DNA from: Octopus vulgaris | Taxonomy: Eukaryota | Length of the DNA stretch: 64,000 nt | Direction: 5' to 3' | Assembly (NCBI GenBank): GCA_951406725.2 | Contig: OX597815.1 | Coordinates: 214,954,001-215,018,000 of the forward strand | Part shown: one piece after another, positions 52,345 to 64,000 of the stretch | Position numbering within the stretch: position 1 is the first letter of the stretch | Layout of the letters: each line of letters starts with the position of its first letter | The notes under the pieces: model-generated | The model's input: the letters and a program-made list of their open reading frames with translations, nothing else | Told to the model about the DNA's origin: nothing | The model's database searches: none | Made by a program: the position numbers and the translations under genes

Positions 52345-52743
52345 CAAGCAGCTAAGCCCGGTTTCACCCGATCTGTTTGGGTGATGTGGCTGTGATCGTT
52401 TTTGGTCAGGCATAATCTATAACAGCTTTTCTCAACATTATCATATCGGGTCCCTGTTTCGATTGGAGCCTCCAGCTGTATGAAAATTTCATGACCCCAC
52501 CATGTCAGAAAACAGCAACTGGTTGTTTTAATGGCAGAAGCAAAAGGAATTCCATTAGAAAAAAATTTAATTGATTTTCTCAGTAAGTATGGGTGCTAGG
52601 AAAAAAATACAAACCACATTCCAATCTATGCACCCGTCTCCTCATATTTTTCATTTTTCACGCGAATCCACCCAGCCGTTTGGCTGTGAACCACAAGACA
52701 AGAAAGAAGACAACGATCGCTCATATCCAATTTATATTATAGA
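52345..52743 (-). mobile_element. Non-autonomous Helitron
   Basis: Minus strand starts A|TCTATAATATAAATT and ends cgggtgaaaccgggc-ttagctg-CTTG|T (GC hairpin plus variant CTRR end). Confidence 0.65.
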
Positions 52744-53750
52744 TTAGACAGGATATACACTAAATTCAACCTAGTATTTAAATTTTGTGAGTGCTTATGT
52801 GAAAAACAGAAGTTTTAAATGTTGTTTTACAAGAATGGATGAATATATGTTCTTTGGTTTTCTTGTATAATTGTATGACTGAGGCAATGACAAGTGACTG
52901 AGATCTTCATGACTTGCTGTGCTTGAGAAAACTCATCCAGCCAAGTGAAACCATTTACATGACTATTGCCAGTGTCATGTAAATGGCACATGTGATGGTG
53001 GCACATGAAAAGAAAGCACCCATTACACTCTTGTAGTGGTTGACATTAAGAAGGGCATCCAGCCATAGAAAACCATGCCAAATCAGACTGGAATCTAGTG
53101 CAGTTCTCCAGCTTACTAGTTCCAGTCAAACCATCTAACCCATGCCAGCATAGAAAAGCAGACATTAAATAATGATGGTGCTGGCGGTGGCGGTGATGAT
53201 GATGATGAAGAAGCAATTAGTTGATAGACTGTACTGGCTATACAAAGATTGGTGAGTAGAGAATTTCAGCAGAAAGGTTTAGGAACAAAAGGTTTGAGTG
53301 CAATGTAGGGGGTTAACTTATAGTAGAATCAATAGAGGAAACCAAAGGTCAGACATAAAATAGAAGAAACCAGTTATGGAGATTAGACATGAAATGTGGA
53401 GTAGCTTAGAGTATGAAGATAGGGAAAAGCTTTAAGAAATCTTCTGCTAATGTTGCTTTCTCCCCTACTAGACTAAAGAGTCCTCATTTCTCTACTTTGC
53501 TTTCAGTCATTCAGTACTAATTTGTAATATCATACTAAGAACAAATACATATCCATGTAATTGTCTTCATGTAAATTTTCAGACTCATCCTGATCATATA
53601 CAATGTATAAATCTCTATGTTATACAGATACGATTCTTGTGTAATCAATGTTTTATTTATTTTCTGCATCAAATAGATAACATATATATACTGTCAGTAA
53701 ATCATAAATCCAAAAGAGAAGTACACACTAAATTATAGAACAGTAGAGTA

Positions 53751-53861
53751 ATTAGATAAAGATAGTTATGGCTGGTCCATGGGGTCTGAAGGAACGCTGT
53801 AAAGCTAAGCTCTTTATGGATGTGAAACCCCACAAACCAGCCATAACTATCTTTATGTAAT
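53751..53861. repeat. Short fold-back, 35-bp arms
   Basis: attagataaagatagttatggctggtccatggggt / accccacaaaccagccataactatctttatgtaat; tail to the left; (TA)n to the right. Confidence 0.8.
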
Positions 53862-54274
53862 CATTCATATATATATATATATATATCGTGGCACTCCATT
53901 GGTTATGACGATTAGGGTTCCATTTGATCCAATCAATGGAACAGCCTCTCATGAAATTAATGTGCAAGTGGCTGAGCACTCCACAGATACATGTTCCCTT
54001 AATGCAGTTCTCGGGGAGATTCAGCATGACACACAGTGTGACAAGGCTGGCCCTTTGAAATACAGGTACAACAGAAACAAGAAGAAAGAGTGAGAGAAAG
54101 TTGTAGTGAAAGAGTACAGCAGGGTTCGCCACTTATTCATTCACATTGTTTCAAATTAATCAGGCGTAATCTTGTAGCTTTGAGATATTGTTAAATTGAT
54201 TATTTATGTTTTCAATAACACCATCAGGTTTGTGTGAGGGGCCAGATATGGCCAGTTTAAATGCTGAAGGCTCA

Positions 54275-55270
54275 CGGTGTTGAGCTGGAGGAAACATTAG
54301 AGTACTTGACAAAAATGTTTTGTAGTATTTCTTCCAGCTCTTTATATAGTGAGTTCAAATTCCACAAGGGTCAACTTTGCCTTTCAACCTTTTGGAGTCA
54401 ATAAATAAGTACCAGCCAAACACCAGGGGTTGATATAGTTGACTTCCCCACCCTTCAATATTGCTGTCTTTGTGCCAAGAATAGAACATTTTATCACCCT
54501 ATTTTCGAACATTGTTTTTGTTTGTGGCTATGGTATATTATTTAAGGGAGTGATATTATTGTCTTAATTATAGAATAAAATAATCTATATCTGCATTGCA
54601 CCGCTACCACCAATCTACTAATTTCACTGGTTTATCATTCCGTTTATATTTTTATTGTTGGATTGATAGAGTCATTAGAACATTATTTATCCTGGATATT
54701 TACATTCTGTGTTCAAATCCCACTGAAGCCAACTTTACTTTTTATCCCTCTGGGGTTGGTAATATAAATCATTAGTCAAGTCCTGAGATCAATTTAATCA
54801 GCTAACCCTTGACCTTCAAATTTCAGGCTTTATGGCTATATTGAAATTTTATTTTTCATTTTTTTTCTAAGGGTAGTGGATTGGCAGAATCATTAGAGCA
54901 CCTGAAAAAATACTTTGTAGTATTTGTTCCAGCTCTTTTCATTCTGAGTTCTTATCCTACCAAAGTTAACTTTGGCTGTCATTCTTCCAGGGTTGATACA
55001 CTAAAGTATCTGTCAAGTACAGGGGTCTATTCAATCCCTAAAACCATCCCAACAAACTTTGCCTTGTACCTATACTAGAACATTTATTAATATCATTTTA
55101 TCAATATAAGGCAGTGAATTAGCAGAACCATTAGCACACCAAGCAAAATGCCAAGTGGCATTTCTGAGTTCAAATTCCACTGAGGTCATACCAGTTGAAC
55201 ACTGGGGCCAGTACAATTGACATACCCCCTCTTCTAAACTTGCTGGCCTTGATCCAAAATTTGAAACCAA
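54275..55270 (+). mobile_element. Cluster of about 4 degenerate family C SINE copies
   Basis: Recurring gagttcaaattcc...aactttgcctttc...ggggtt units. Confidence 0.75.
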
Positions 55271-55775
55271 TATTATTCTATTATTGTGTATCAGACACAT
55301 CTTTCAAATATAATAAAATCTTAATAATCACTTTTCACAGGAATATTATGGCCATTAAGGTTTATACCCACATCTGCTCTTAAGGTGAAATCATCTCTAG
55401 GAAAATTCACCTGTATCAATTGATTAAATGAATCCCCCACCACTCTTTTTTTTTTTTGCAATAGATGTTTTTGATTTAATGGCAAACCTTAATCATTGTC
55501 ATCATCAGCTTCATCATCATCATCATCATCATATCATCATCATTGTTTTAATAGCCATCTTTCCATGTTTGGGTTGGATGGAGTTTATTAAGCCAGATGG
55601 TCTGTGGCCAGCTGATCTTCCTGTCATTATTTGTCTCCTGTTTCCAAGTAAGGTAATATTTTCTCATGACCAGAATATTGGAACCAATGACATTACTTGT
55701 ATGACAATAACACTCATTTACAACTATTACATGATATCGAAACAAGGAATCACAAACATACACACATTCACACGC

Positions 55776-55814
<39 letters not shown>

Positions 55815-56460
55815 GGTTTGGAGATGATGTACAGGTTTTATATATTAGAAGAAATGAGGTACTCAAAAATTTGGATGGTTTTATATCTACAGATATTTAT
55901 TAGTATGTTACATGTTTTTATAAATCATATATCATATATTAGCGCTTTTGTCCACTCTAGTGGAGTCTTCAAATTGAACTAAATTCTACTGCTAAGTTTG
56001 TTCATGGAGTTTTAGTTTCCTTTATATATCTAGCATTATGTTAGAATTGATTCTTTTAGAAATTGGAAATTTGAATTGAGAGGTTCTTGGTGGTGTGGGG
56101 AGGCTTGTTGTTTTTTTTTTAAAGTTTGAAATTTCAAAATAAAGTTAGTGGAATATTTTATGTTTTACTTGTTTCACTTATTGAACTGCAGCCATTGCTG
56201 AGGCCCCACGGAAGGGTTTTAATCAGATAAATCATTACCAATACTTTTTCTGGGATTTTAAAGTCAGTTACTTATTCTTCTGGATCAGTCTCTTTTTTTA
56301 AACTGCTATGTTACAGGGACATAAACAAAGCAACACCCGTTGCCAAGCAGTGGTGGTGTGACAAAGGCAAATACAAAGACACACGCACACATATACATAT
56401 AAAGCCTTGTGAGTGGATTTGGTAGGCAGAAACTGAAAGAAGCCCATCGTGTATATTTAC

Positions 56461-56491
<31 letters not shown>

Positions 56492-56525
<34 letters not shown>

Positions 56526-58068
56526 TGTGTACAGTGCTCAGGTGCACTACAACTCATCTAAAGTGTATATATAATCAGGTGTAGTTTTGGCGGATTTCGG
56601 AAAGCACGAGGGCCTTAAAGGATGCAGTGTCATAGCAGTCAACAACTGACGCAGGCAGTTTATTCCATGCTTCAGCAACTCTGAGCGTGAAAAAATGTTT
56701 CCGAAAGTCATGGGAGCTGTGTTGTTTTCTGACTTTGTAGGCATGTCCACGTGTGTTAGACACATGAAGATCAAAAAGGTGTTCAGTGCTGTTGTTGGTG
56801 AGGTGGTTGATAACTTTGTGGGTGTTTACCAAGTCCGTCGCCAGACGCCGGAGCTTCAGTGAATCCATGCCCAGGGAAACAAGGCGCTCAGAATATGGTA
56901 GGTGTCTGATGGAGGGTATGCGTTTGGTTGCACGTCTCTGGACAGATTCCAGGAGGTCAATGTTCTGAGCAAGATAGGGGTTCCAAACTGATGATGCAAA
57001 TTCCAAGTGTGGTCGTACCATAGCTGTATACAGTTTTAAATAGATGGCTGGAGAGCGGCTAACAAAAGTCTTGCTGAGTGATGCCAAGACACCCTCGGCC
57101 TTCTTGACAATTTTAGAGATATGCTTTGTCCAACGCAAATCACTGCTGACAGTGATGCCTAGGTCACGCTCACAAGAGGATTTCTTGATATGTGGAGGGA
57201 GTATGTGGACGCAGGGTTTTTTCTCCCAAAATGCATGGTGGTACACTTGTCCACAGCCAGTTTCAGTTGCCAGTCTGTGATCCATTGCTGCATTGTGTCT
57301 AGGTCTGATTGCAGGAAAGAGTTGTAGACATCAGGATCTGTCCTCTTGATTTCAAGGTACAGCTTGATGTCGTCTGCATATTTCAATACTGTGGCATTCT
57401 TTAAGTTGGCATCTATGTCATTAATGTATGCCACAAACAAGAGGGGACCAAGGATAGATCCCTGTGATACACCCGATGACATCTCATATGGTGTAGAGTG
57501 CTGTCCTAGAACTGTGACTACCTCCTTTCAGCTGAGGATGAAGGATTTCAACCAGTTAAAAAGGTCATCCCTCACACCCATTGCAGAGAGTTTCACCATA
57601 AGCCTTTTGTGTGGCGCAGAGTTGAAAGCCTTAGCAAAGTCAAGGTAGACAACATCCACCCATGAGCTACTGTCAGTGATCTGAGTAATGTCCTCAAGGA
57701 ACTCGACAAGCTGATCACTGCAGTTGGAGTTAGGGACAAATCCATATTGTGAGGGTCGGATGAGACTGCGAGAGCTCCAGAAGTTCCAGAGTGTTTCTCT
57801 GACACACGATTCCATCAGTTTTGCAATACAGCTAGTGAGACTGACTGGGCGATAGTTGACAGCTGATGTGCGGTCGCCCTTTTTGAACAGAGGAATGACA
57901 CTGGCAGTTTTCCACTGCTCCGGAGTAGCACCATTGTTGAGACAGTACTGGAAGAAAATAGAAAGCTGGTGTAAAAGGAAGTACCTGCCACGTTTGAGAA
58001 GCAGGTATGTAACTCCATCGAGACCAGGGGAGGCATAGTTGCGCTTATTTTGAAGGTGACGTCGCAGC
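56492..58068 (-). mobile_element. 5'-truncated CR1-clade LINE with (ATT)n tail, inserted in a family A SINE
   Basis: RT motifs PGLDGV, NYRPVSLTS, YLDFAKAF, GVSQGSILGPLLF, KYADD, ERDLG, RPHLEFASSVWNP, NTRGH, FFTLRV..WNKLP; SINE A halves at 56401-56455 and 58069-58304. Confidence 0.92.
56575..58068 (-). pseudogene. CR1 ORF2 reverse transcriptase, disrupted
   Basis: Three track ORFs join into one RT: in-frame stop at 57528-57530 and a frameshift near 57200. Confidence 0.88.
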
Positions 58069-58302
58069 ATGTATGTATGTATGTATGTATGTATGTATGT
58101 ATGTATGTATGTATGTGTGTGTATATATTTGTGTGTCTGTGTTTGTCTCCCCAACATCGCTTGACAACTGATGCTGGTGCGTTTATGTCTCTGTAACTTA
58201 CCAGTTCGGCAAAAGAGACTGATAGAAAGAATAAGTCATAGGGTCGATTTGCTCGACTTAAGGCGGTGCTCCAGTATGGCCACAGTCACATGACTGAAAC
58301 AA

Positions 58303-58338
<36 letters not shown>

Positions 58339-59900
58339 GTAACAGGCTTTCACACAGTTTCTTTTTATCAAATTCACTCGCAAAGCATTGGTCAGTCCAG
58401 TCAGTAGAAGACACTTACCCAAGTCCCCTCACTGTAGGACTGAATCCAAAACTATACGATTGCAAAGTGAGCTTCTTGATCCCACAGCCATGCCTGTATC
58501 TGTTAGTGAATATTTCAATATATTAAAACTTGAAAAGTGATGGGGAACAAAAAGAGAATCAAATTAAAAATAATTTTATTAAGTCAAAATTCAAACTCTA
58601 ATTGAAATTCAGTGTTGTAATAAATTAACTTTGAATTCATAAAAGTATTTTTTTTTGTATTCAATTTGTTTTTGATTTGAAATCTTTTAATTTTCAACAT
58701 GTTTTTGTTTCTATTTTCAATTCAAAACAATTCTTTTAAAACTTGAATCCAGCTTCATTTCTTTTATTTAACCCTTTGCTTGTCCAAATCATTTTCATGA
58801 GTTTGTCCTAAATGTCCATGCTTGTTTTCAGACTTTCAGTAAGCCCTTGCTTCATACCTTCTGAGTAATAAAGAGCTTTCCTTTCATAAGTCTCTGTTAA
58901 CTCTGATAAATGAAAACAATTGGGAATATACATGGTATATGATGCATGGACTCCAGAGAAATATGTCCTGTTTAACACGTGATACAAAGCACAAGCAAAG
59001 GATTAAGAATCAACTAAAGTATATTATTAGAAAATACAGCTAATTATGATTGTATATAATCATAAAATATTAGTAAACCAATTAAGTAATTGAATGATAT
59101 TCTCTATTATGTTTAATAACATTTGAAATTTTAGTTGGGTAGCAAACTACATTGCTCTTATAGCCTCGTACACAACAATTTTATACATTTTATACATGGT
59201 TGCCAGTTTTGTGTTCTCTCTGGGCAAGGCACATAATTCTATTTGATACACTCTCTTGTCAGAAAATATATTTTTGTGCTTCTCTGCTATAGAGTGGTTA
59301 ATACTAAGAAAATTTAATAATAATAATAATTATAATGATAATAATGATAATAATAATAATAACAATAATAATAACAATAATACTGATGACGGTGATGATG
59401 GTTTTTGATTTAGGCACAAAGCCAACAGTTTTGAAGAAAAACTATACACGTATAATATATAAGGGTCCAAATGTCTCTTAGACATGTTTGGACTGGTCTT
59501 AAGTTTGTTAAAATTGCTCACATATATGTATGTATAAATATCTGCATGTATACACACACATAAATACATGCATATACATATATACATCATCATCATCATC
59601 GTTTAACGTCCGTTTTCCGCGCTAGCACGGGTTGGACGGTTCGACCGGGGTCTGGGAAGTCAGGGGCAGCACCAGGCTCCAGTCTGATCTGGCAGTGTTT
59701 CTACGGCTGGGTGCCCTTCCTAACGCCAACCACTCCGCGAGTGTAGTGGGTGCTTTTTACGTGCCACCTGCACAGGTGCCAGGGGGTGTCTGGCATCGGC
59801 TACGATCGGTTGGTGCTTTTAACGTGCCACCGGCACGGAAGCCAGCCAATATATTTATATATATAATAATAATAATAAAACATTGTGTACAGTGCTATAT

Positions 59901-60088
59901 ATATATTAAATTAGAGATAAAACCACTATTAGGCAAATCAAACAGTGAAAATCATAAACCAATACATAGAAATAAAATTAATTAATAAAAAATATATAAA
60001 ATATAAAATTCAAAATTTTAAATATTTAAATTGAAGTTAAAATTTTAAAAATTATTTAAATTAATGATTTATACTTATTAATTTTTAA

Positions 60089-60120
<32 letters not shown>

Positions 60121-60315
60121 TTTTTTTTAAATATATATATATAACTATCAAAAAGTATTAAAAGTTTAATATAAGATAAAGAATAAAACTCTTTATCTTA
60201 TATTAAACTTTTAATACTTTTTGATAGTTATATATATATTTAAAAAAAATTTTTTTAATTTAAAAAATAAAATAAAATAAAAATAAAAAAATAAATAATA
60301 ATAATAATAATAATA

Positions 60316-60349
<34 letters not shown>

Positions 60350-60603
60350 TTAAAAATTTATAAGTGTAAATTATTAATTTAAATAATATTTTAAATTTTA
60401 ACTTTAATTTAAATATTTTAAATTTTGAATTTTATTTTTTATTAATTAATTTTATTTCTATGTATTGATTTATGATTTTCACTGTTTGATTTGCCTAATT
60501 GTGGTTTTATCTCTAATTTAATATATATATATTTATACTATAAAATTAGATTTAATCCTAAATCTAATTTTTCTCTGTAAGTTTGGATTTACTCCCTAAT
60601 ATT
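59901..60603 (+). mobile_element. Fold-back element of the 9259 family, nearly loopless
   Basis: Arms at about 59901-60189 and 60190-60530; same outer arm boundary and same 3' tail (actataaaatt...ctgtaagtttggattt..ccctaat) as the 9259 copy. Confidence 0.85.
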
Positions 60604-60703
60604 ATTATTATATATATACATATATATACTTACACAGATTCATATATATATACACACATATATATTTCTATATACATATATCTATTTTTCTATTTCTCTC
60701 TCC

Positions 60704-60754
<51 letters not shown>

Positions 60755-61867
60755 TATATTGTGTGTGTGTATGTGTATTTATGCATGCATAGTTATAATT
60801 GCACATGTATATGTGTATATATATTTATGTTTGTATATATATTTATGTTTATATATATATATTTCATATATATAATATTCAGAAGCCGTACATCTCCCAT
60901 GGTGTGTGTGCGTGTGTATGCACTTGTGCATGTGAGTGCAGTTGTATGTGTGTATGCGTATACATCAACCAGTAAAAGAAGTTCTGGAAATCAGAGTATA
61001 AATATTTCTAGTCTTTATTCAGCTTCTTGAAGGATTTAATACTAATTTTCACAAAGTTTTTCATCCTTAAAATTTCTTCAGCCCATGTTAGTTCAGGTTT
61101 GTTAATAATTAGTTACTTCATACTGATTAAAATCAACATTTAAAAGCAAGATTATCTTTGACCTGAAGAAATGAAGATTGAAAAAAAATCTTTGGTTGAA
61201 AAACAAAAAAAAGAAACTTACAAAGTGTGATCTTTAGATGAAATTATATAAATTCATAGTTTTCGTATATTGTTGATGTTTTTGTCAGTGAACTAGTGAA
61301 TCTCCTCCCTTGACTTATACAACATATGATGTTTGATGGAAAGCATTAGCTATTATCCAAAACCATTCATTCATACTTCTGAATACTTCACTTTCTTTAA
61401 GATTTTAATGCATTCACTTCAATTCTACTTCATTTATACTGATCATAATTTTATTATATATATATGTGTGTGTGTATGTATATATATATGGTTTTTTTTA
61501 AAATCCAAAATAGACACAAACTCCAATTTTCCTATATGATTGGGTTGAATAATTGTTGAGAATTTTCTTAAGATGAAACCAATGGTAACCTTAAATCACA
61601 AATAAAGAATCTTTATCCACTAGTGCAGTGTTGAACACTCATTTTCATTGTTTGATATTTCTGTACACATACATACATATATATATATATACATATATAC
61701 ATACATACATACATACATACATACATACATACATACATACATACATACATACATACATACATACATGTATATATTTATAAGTAAAAATATGATAAACACA
61801 ACATGCAGTTTATACTGTTTGTTCCTAATGCACATTTCACCATTGTATCTATTTGCATACTCTGCAG

Positions 61868-61920
61868 TGAGTGAAGCCCACAGTGGTTCTTCCGGGGAAT
61901 ACTTTGTAACATTATGTTAA
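61868..61920 (+). CDS. Candidate small phase-1 (possibly terminal) exon, unidentified
   Basis: ctaat branch-like site and acceptor ...tttgcatactctgcag, then a GC-richer open frame (V)SEAHSGSSGEYFVTLC*. Confidence 0.18.
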
Positions 61921-62594
61921 CACATAGCAAATGCTTAGATCTAAAATCACACACAACATAATCCTTTTTTTTATATATATAAATCTGATGTGCTGCTCTA
62001 TTGTAAAAGAGCACAAATATTCAATAACTTTTTGCCTGAAATATTTACACACAATGGCATTAAAAATGGATTGAAATTGAAATAATAGTAACTGGTAATT
62101 AAAGATATGCTGAAATCTTACTTCATCTTCTTCTTCTGTGGATTCATAAGACTTACAAGTGAAAGACCTGGATTTTCTATACCAGTGAGATTTAAATCTT
62201 CATAAATTCAAGAGTATAAACAGCTTCATACTCAAGTTGAGTGTTGCATTGAAAATACTCTGTTTTTCTACCCTGTCAGTATCTTAATATGCATATATAT
62301 ATACACACACAAGCATGTATATACATGTGTATGTGTGTATATTAGTACTAGATGCCTTATGGTACTTAACAATGGCTAATTAAATTCATTCCCAACAATA
62401 CAAAGTACTGTGTTGTACTATAACATTTGAAGATATATAATATATATATATATATACAAAAATTCTATAATTGTAAGCATAATTAGAATTAGGGTTCAGC
62501 AAAAATTGCTTCACCACATACAGTAACTTAGAAATAGCAGTTGAATACTATTCTACTACCATAAGATATCTCCCAGATTTTTATTATTATTATC

Positions 62595-62631
<37 letters not shown>

Positions 62632-62979
62632 CAATAGCACTGAAATATCACTACTGATATAGTAGTTTTTATTACTATTGATGATATTAATAACTTGGTT
62701 GTTGTTACTATGGTAGTCTTTATCAATACATGACACTGAACAGTATAACAAAATGTTGCTTCTATAATATATATCAATGTAAGACTATTTCTAGAGTAAG
62801 ACAAATTATCAATTCTAGATCATACTATTTGACAGGGCATGCTCTAGTTGTCACAATAAGCTATATTATGAATAATAAACAATTGGCTGAGCATAGATTC
62901 ATCTTAATAGTATGTTGTATTTAATGAGGATGCTTTCAATCAATATATGTATTTATTAATTATATTAACTAAACTTTAA

Positions 62980-63190
62980 CCCTTTTGATACCTACATGCC
63001 TGAGAACACTCTGGTTTGATGATGCAAATTTTCTGTTTTAAAGTTAAAACCTGCTGTCAAAATTTCATCGTAATTTATGTTCCAAACATTTGATTAATAA
63101 TGACAAAAGCTATTTTACTAAATTGTTCATATTTTTCAAAATTAATTAAAACAAAAGCTGTGTGTTTCAACATATATCGTAACAAAAGGG
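62980..63190. mobile_element. piggyBac-type MITE, family 1, older copy
   Basis: TTAA|CCCTTTTGATACC ... GTAACAAAAGGG|TTGA. Confidence 0.8.
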
Positions 63191-63929
63191 TTGAGGAGGC
63201 TTGTGGCTAGCAGCATTGTGCATGGATTCTAGAAAAAGATTATAAATGTGCTGTAATAAAATAAAAATAGTATCTCAAATGATATTTTAGAGCTGTTGCA
63301 AAAAGGGAAATTTGATTTTTAGAGTTCCAGAACAGAGTTCTTTTAAAAGAAAAATATATATACAGAAGTAGGCGAGATGAGCAACATAAGAATATTAATG
63401 GTATTTTTGCATGTGGAGAATTATTTACTATGATGAGACACATTTTGTTTCGCAGTGCTGTGTGTGTGTGTGTCTGTGTGTCTGTGGGTGTGTGTGTGTG
63501 TCTGTGTGTCTGTGTGTGTGTGTGTGTGTGTGTTTCATTTTCATTTTATATTTTCCATACTATCATGAGTTGGACAGGTCAACTGCAACACATTGTCTTG
63601 CCTCTTGTTGCAGTCTTTCATTATTTTCTTCATAAGATCAGGCTCTAAATCTTTGATATATATATAGGCGGTGCCCCAGCATGGCCACAGTCAAATGACT
63701 GAAACAAATAAAAGAATATATCTCAAAGATATATTTTTATAACTGGACATATATTTAACTGCATATAAATATGCATATATGTGTGTGTGTATATAGATAT
63801 ATATATATCATCATCATCATCATTCATTTAGCGTCCGTTTTCCATGCTAGCATGGGTTGGACGGTTCAACTGGAGTCTGGGGAGCCCGAAGGCTGCACCA
63901 GGCCATATATATATATATATATGTATGTA

Positions 63930-63969
<40 letters not shown>

Positions 63970-64000
63970 CATATATATATGTATATATGTATATATATAT

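Noticed and set aside
53786-53830. CTGAAGG...GAAACC in a fold-back loop as a hammerhead
   Set aside because: Core deviates and no UH cleavage site with stem I can be drawn
58832-58838. 7-nt micro-exon (ttttcag|actttca|gtaagc)
   Set aside because: Frame-shifting length, and such motifs are expected by chance; no other support

Overview
AT-rich, microsatellite-rich animal genomic DNA whose repeat families I recognise as typical of Octopus (coleoid cephalopod); the organism call comes from recall, not a search. No host protein-coding gene can be firmly supported, so the window is probably intronic or intergenic, with two weak candidate exons. Most ORFs in the track are microsatellite or SINE artefacts. 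Retroelements present: a young 5'-truncated RTE LINE with an intact RT plus PHD-finger reading frame (18485-19543), a CR1-clade LINE with a stop and a frameshift, R4/Dong-type remnants, and three tRNA-headed SINE families. DNA elements present: a Tc1 remnant, TTAA (piggyBac-type) and other MITEs, and non-autonomous Helitrons. The main unexplained structure is about ten short fold-back elements from several unrelated families, mostly set in (TA)n tracts. Many carry minimal type I hammerhead-ribozyme motifs with palindromic stem III, the signature of Penelope-like element termini. In one family the inverted arm ends within about 2 nt of the predicted self-cleavage site in both copies.
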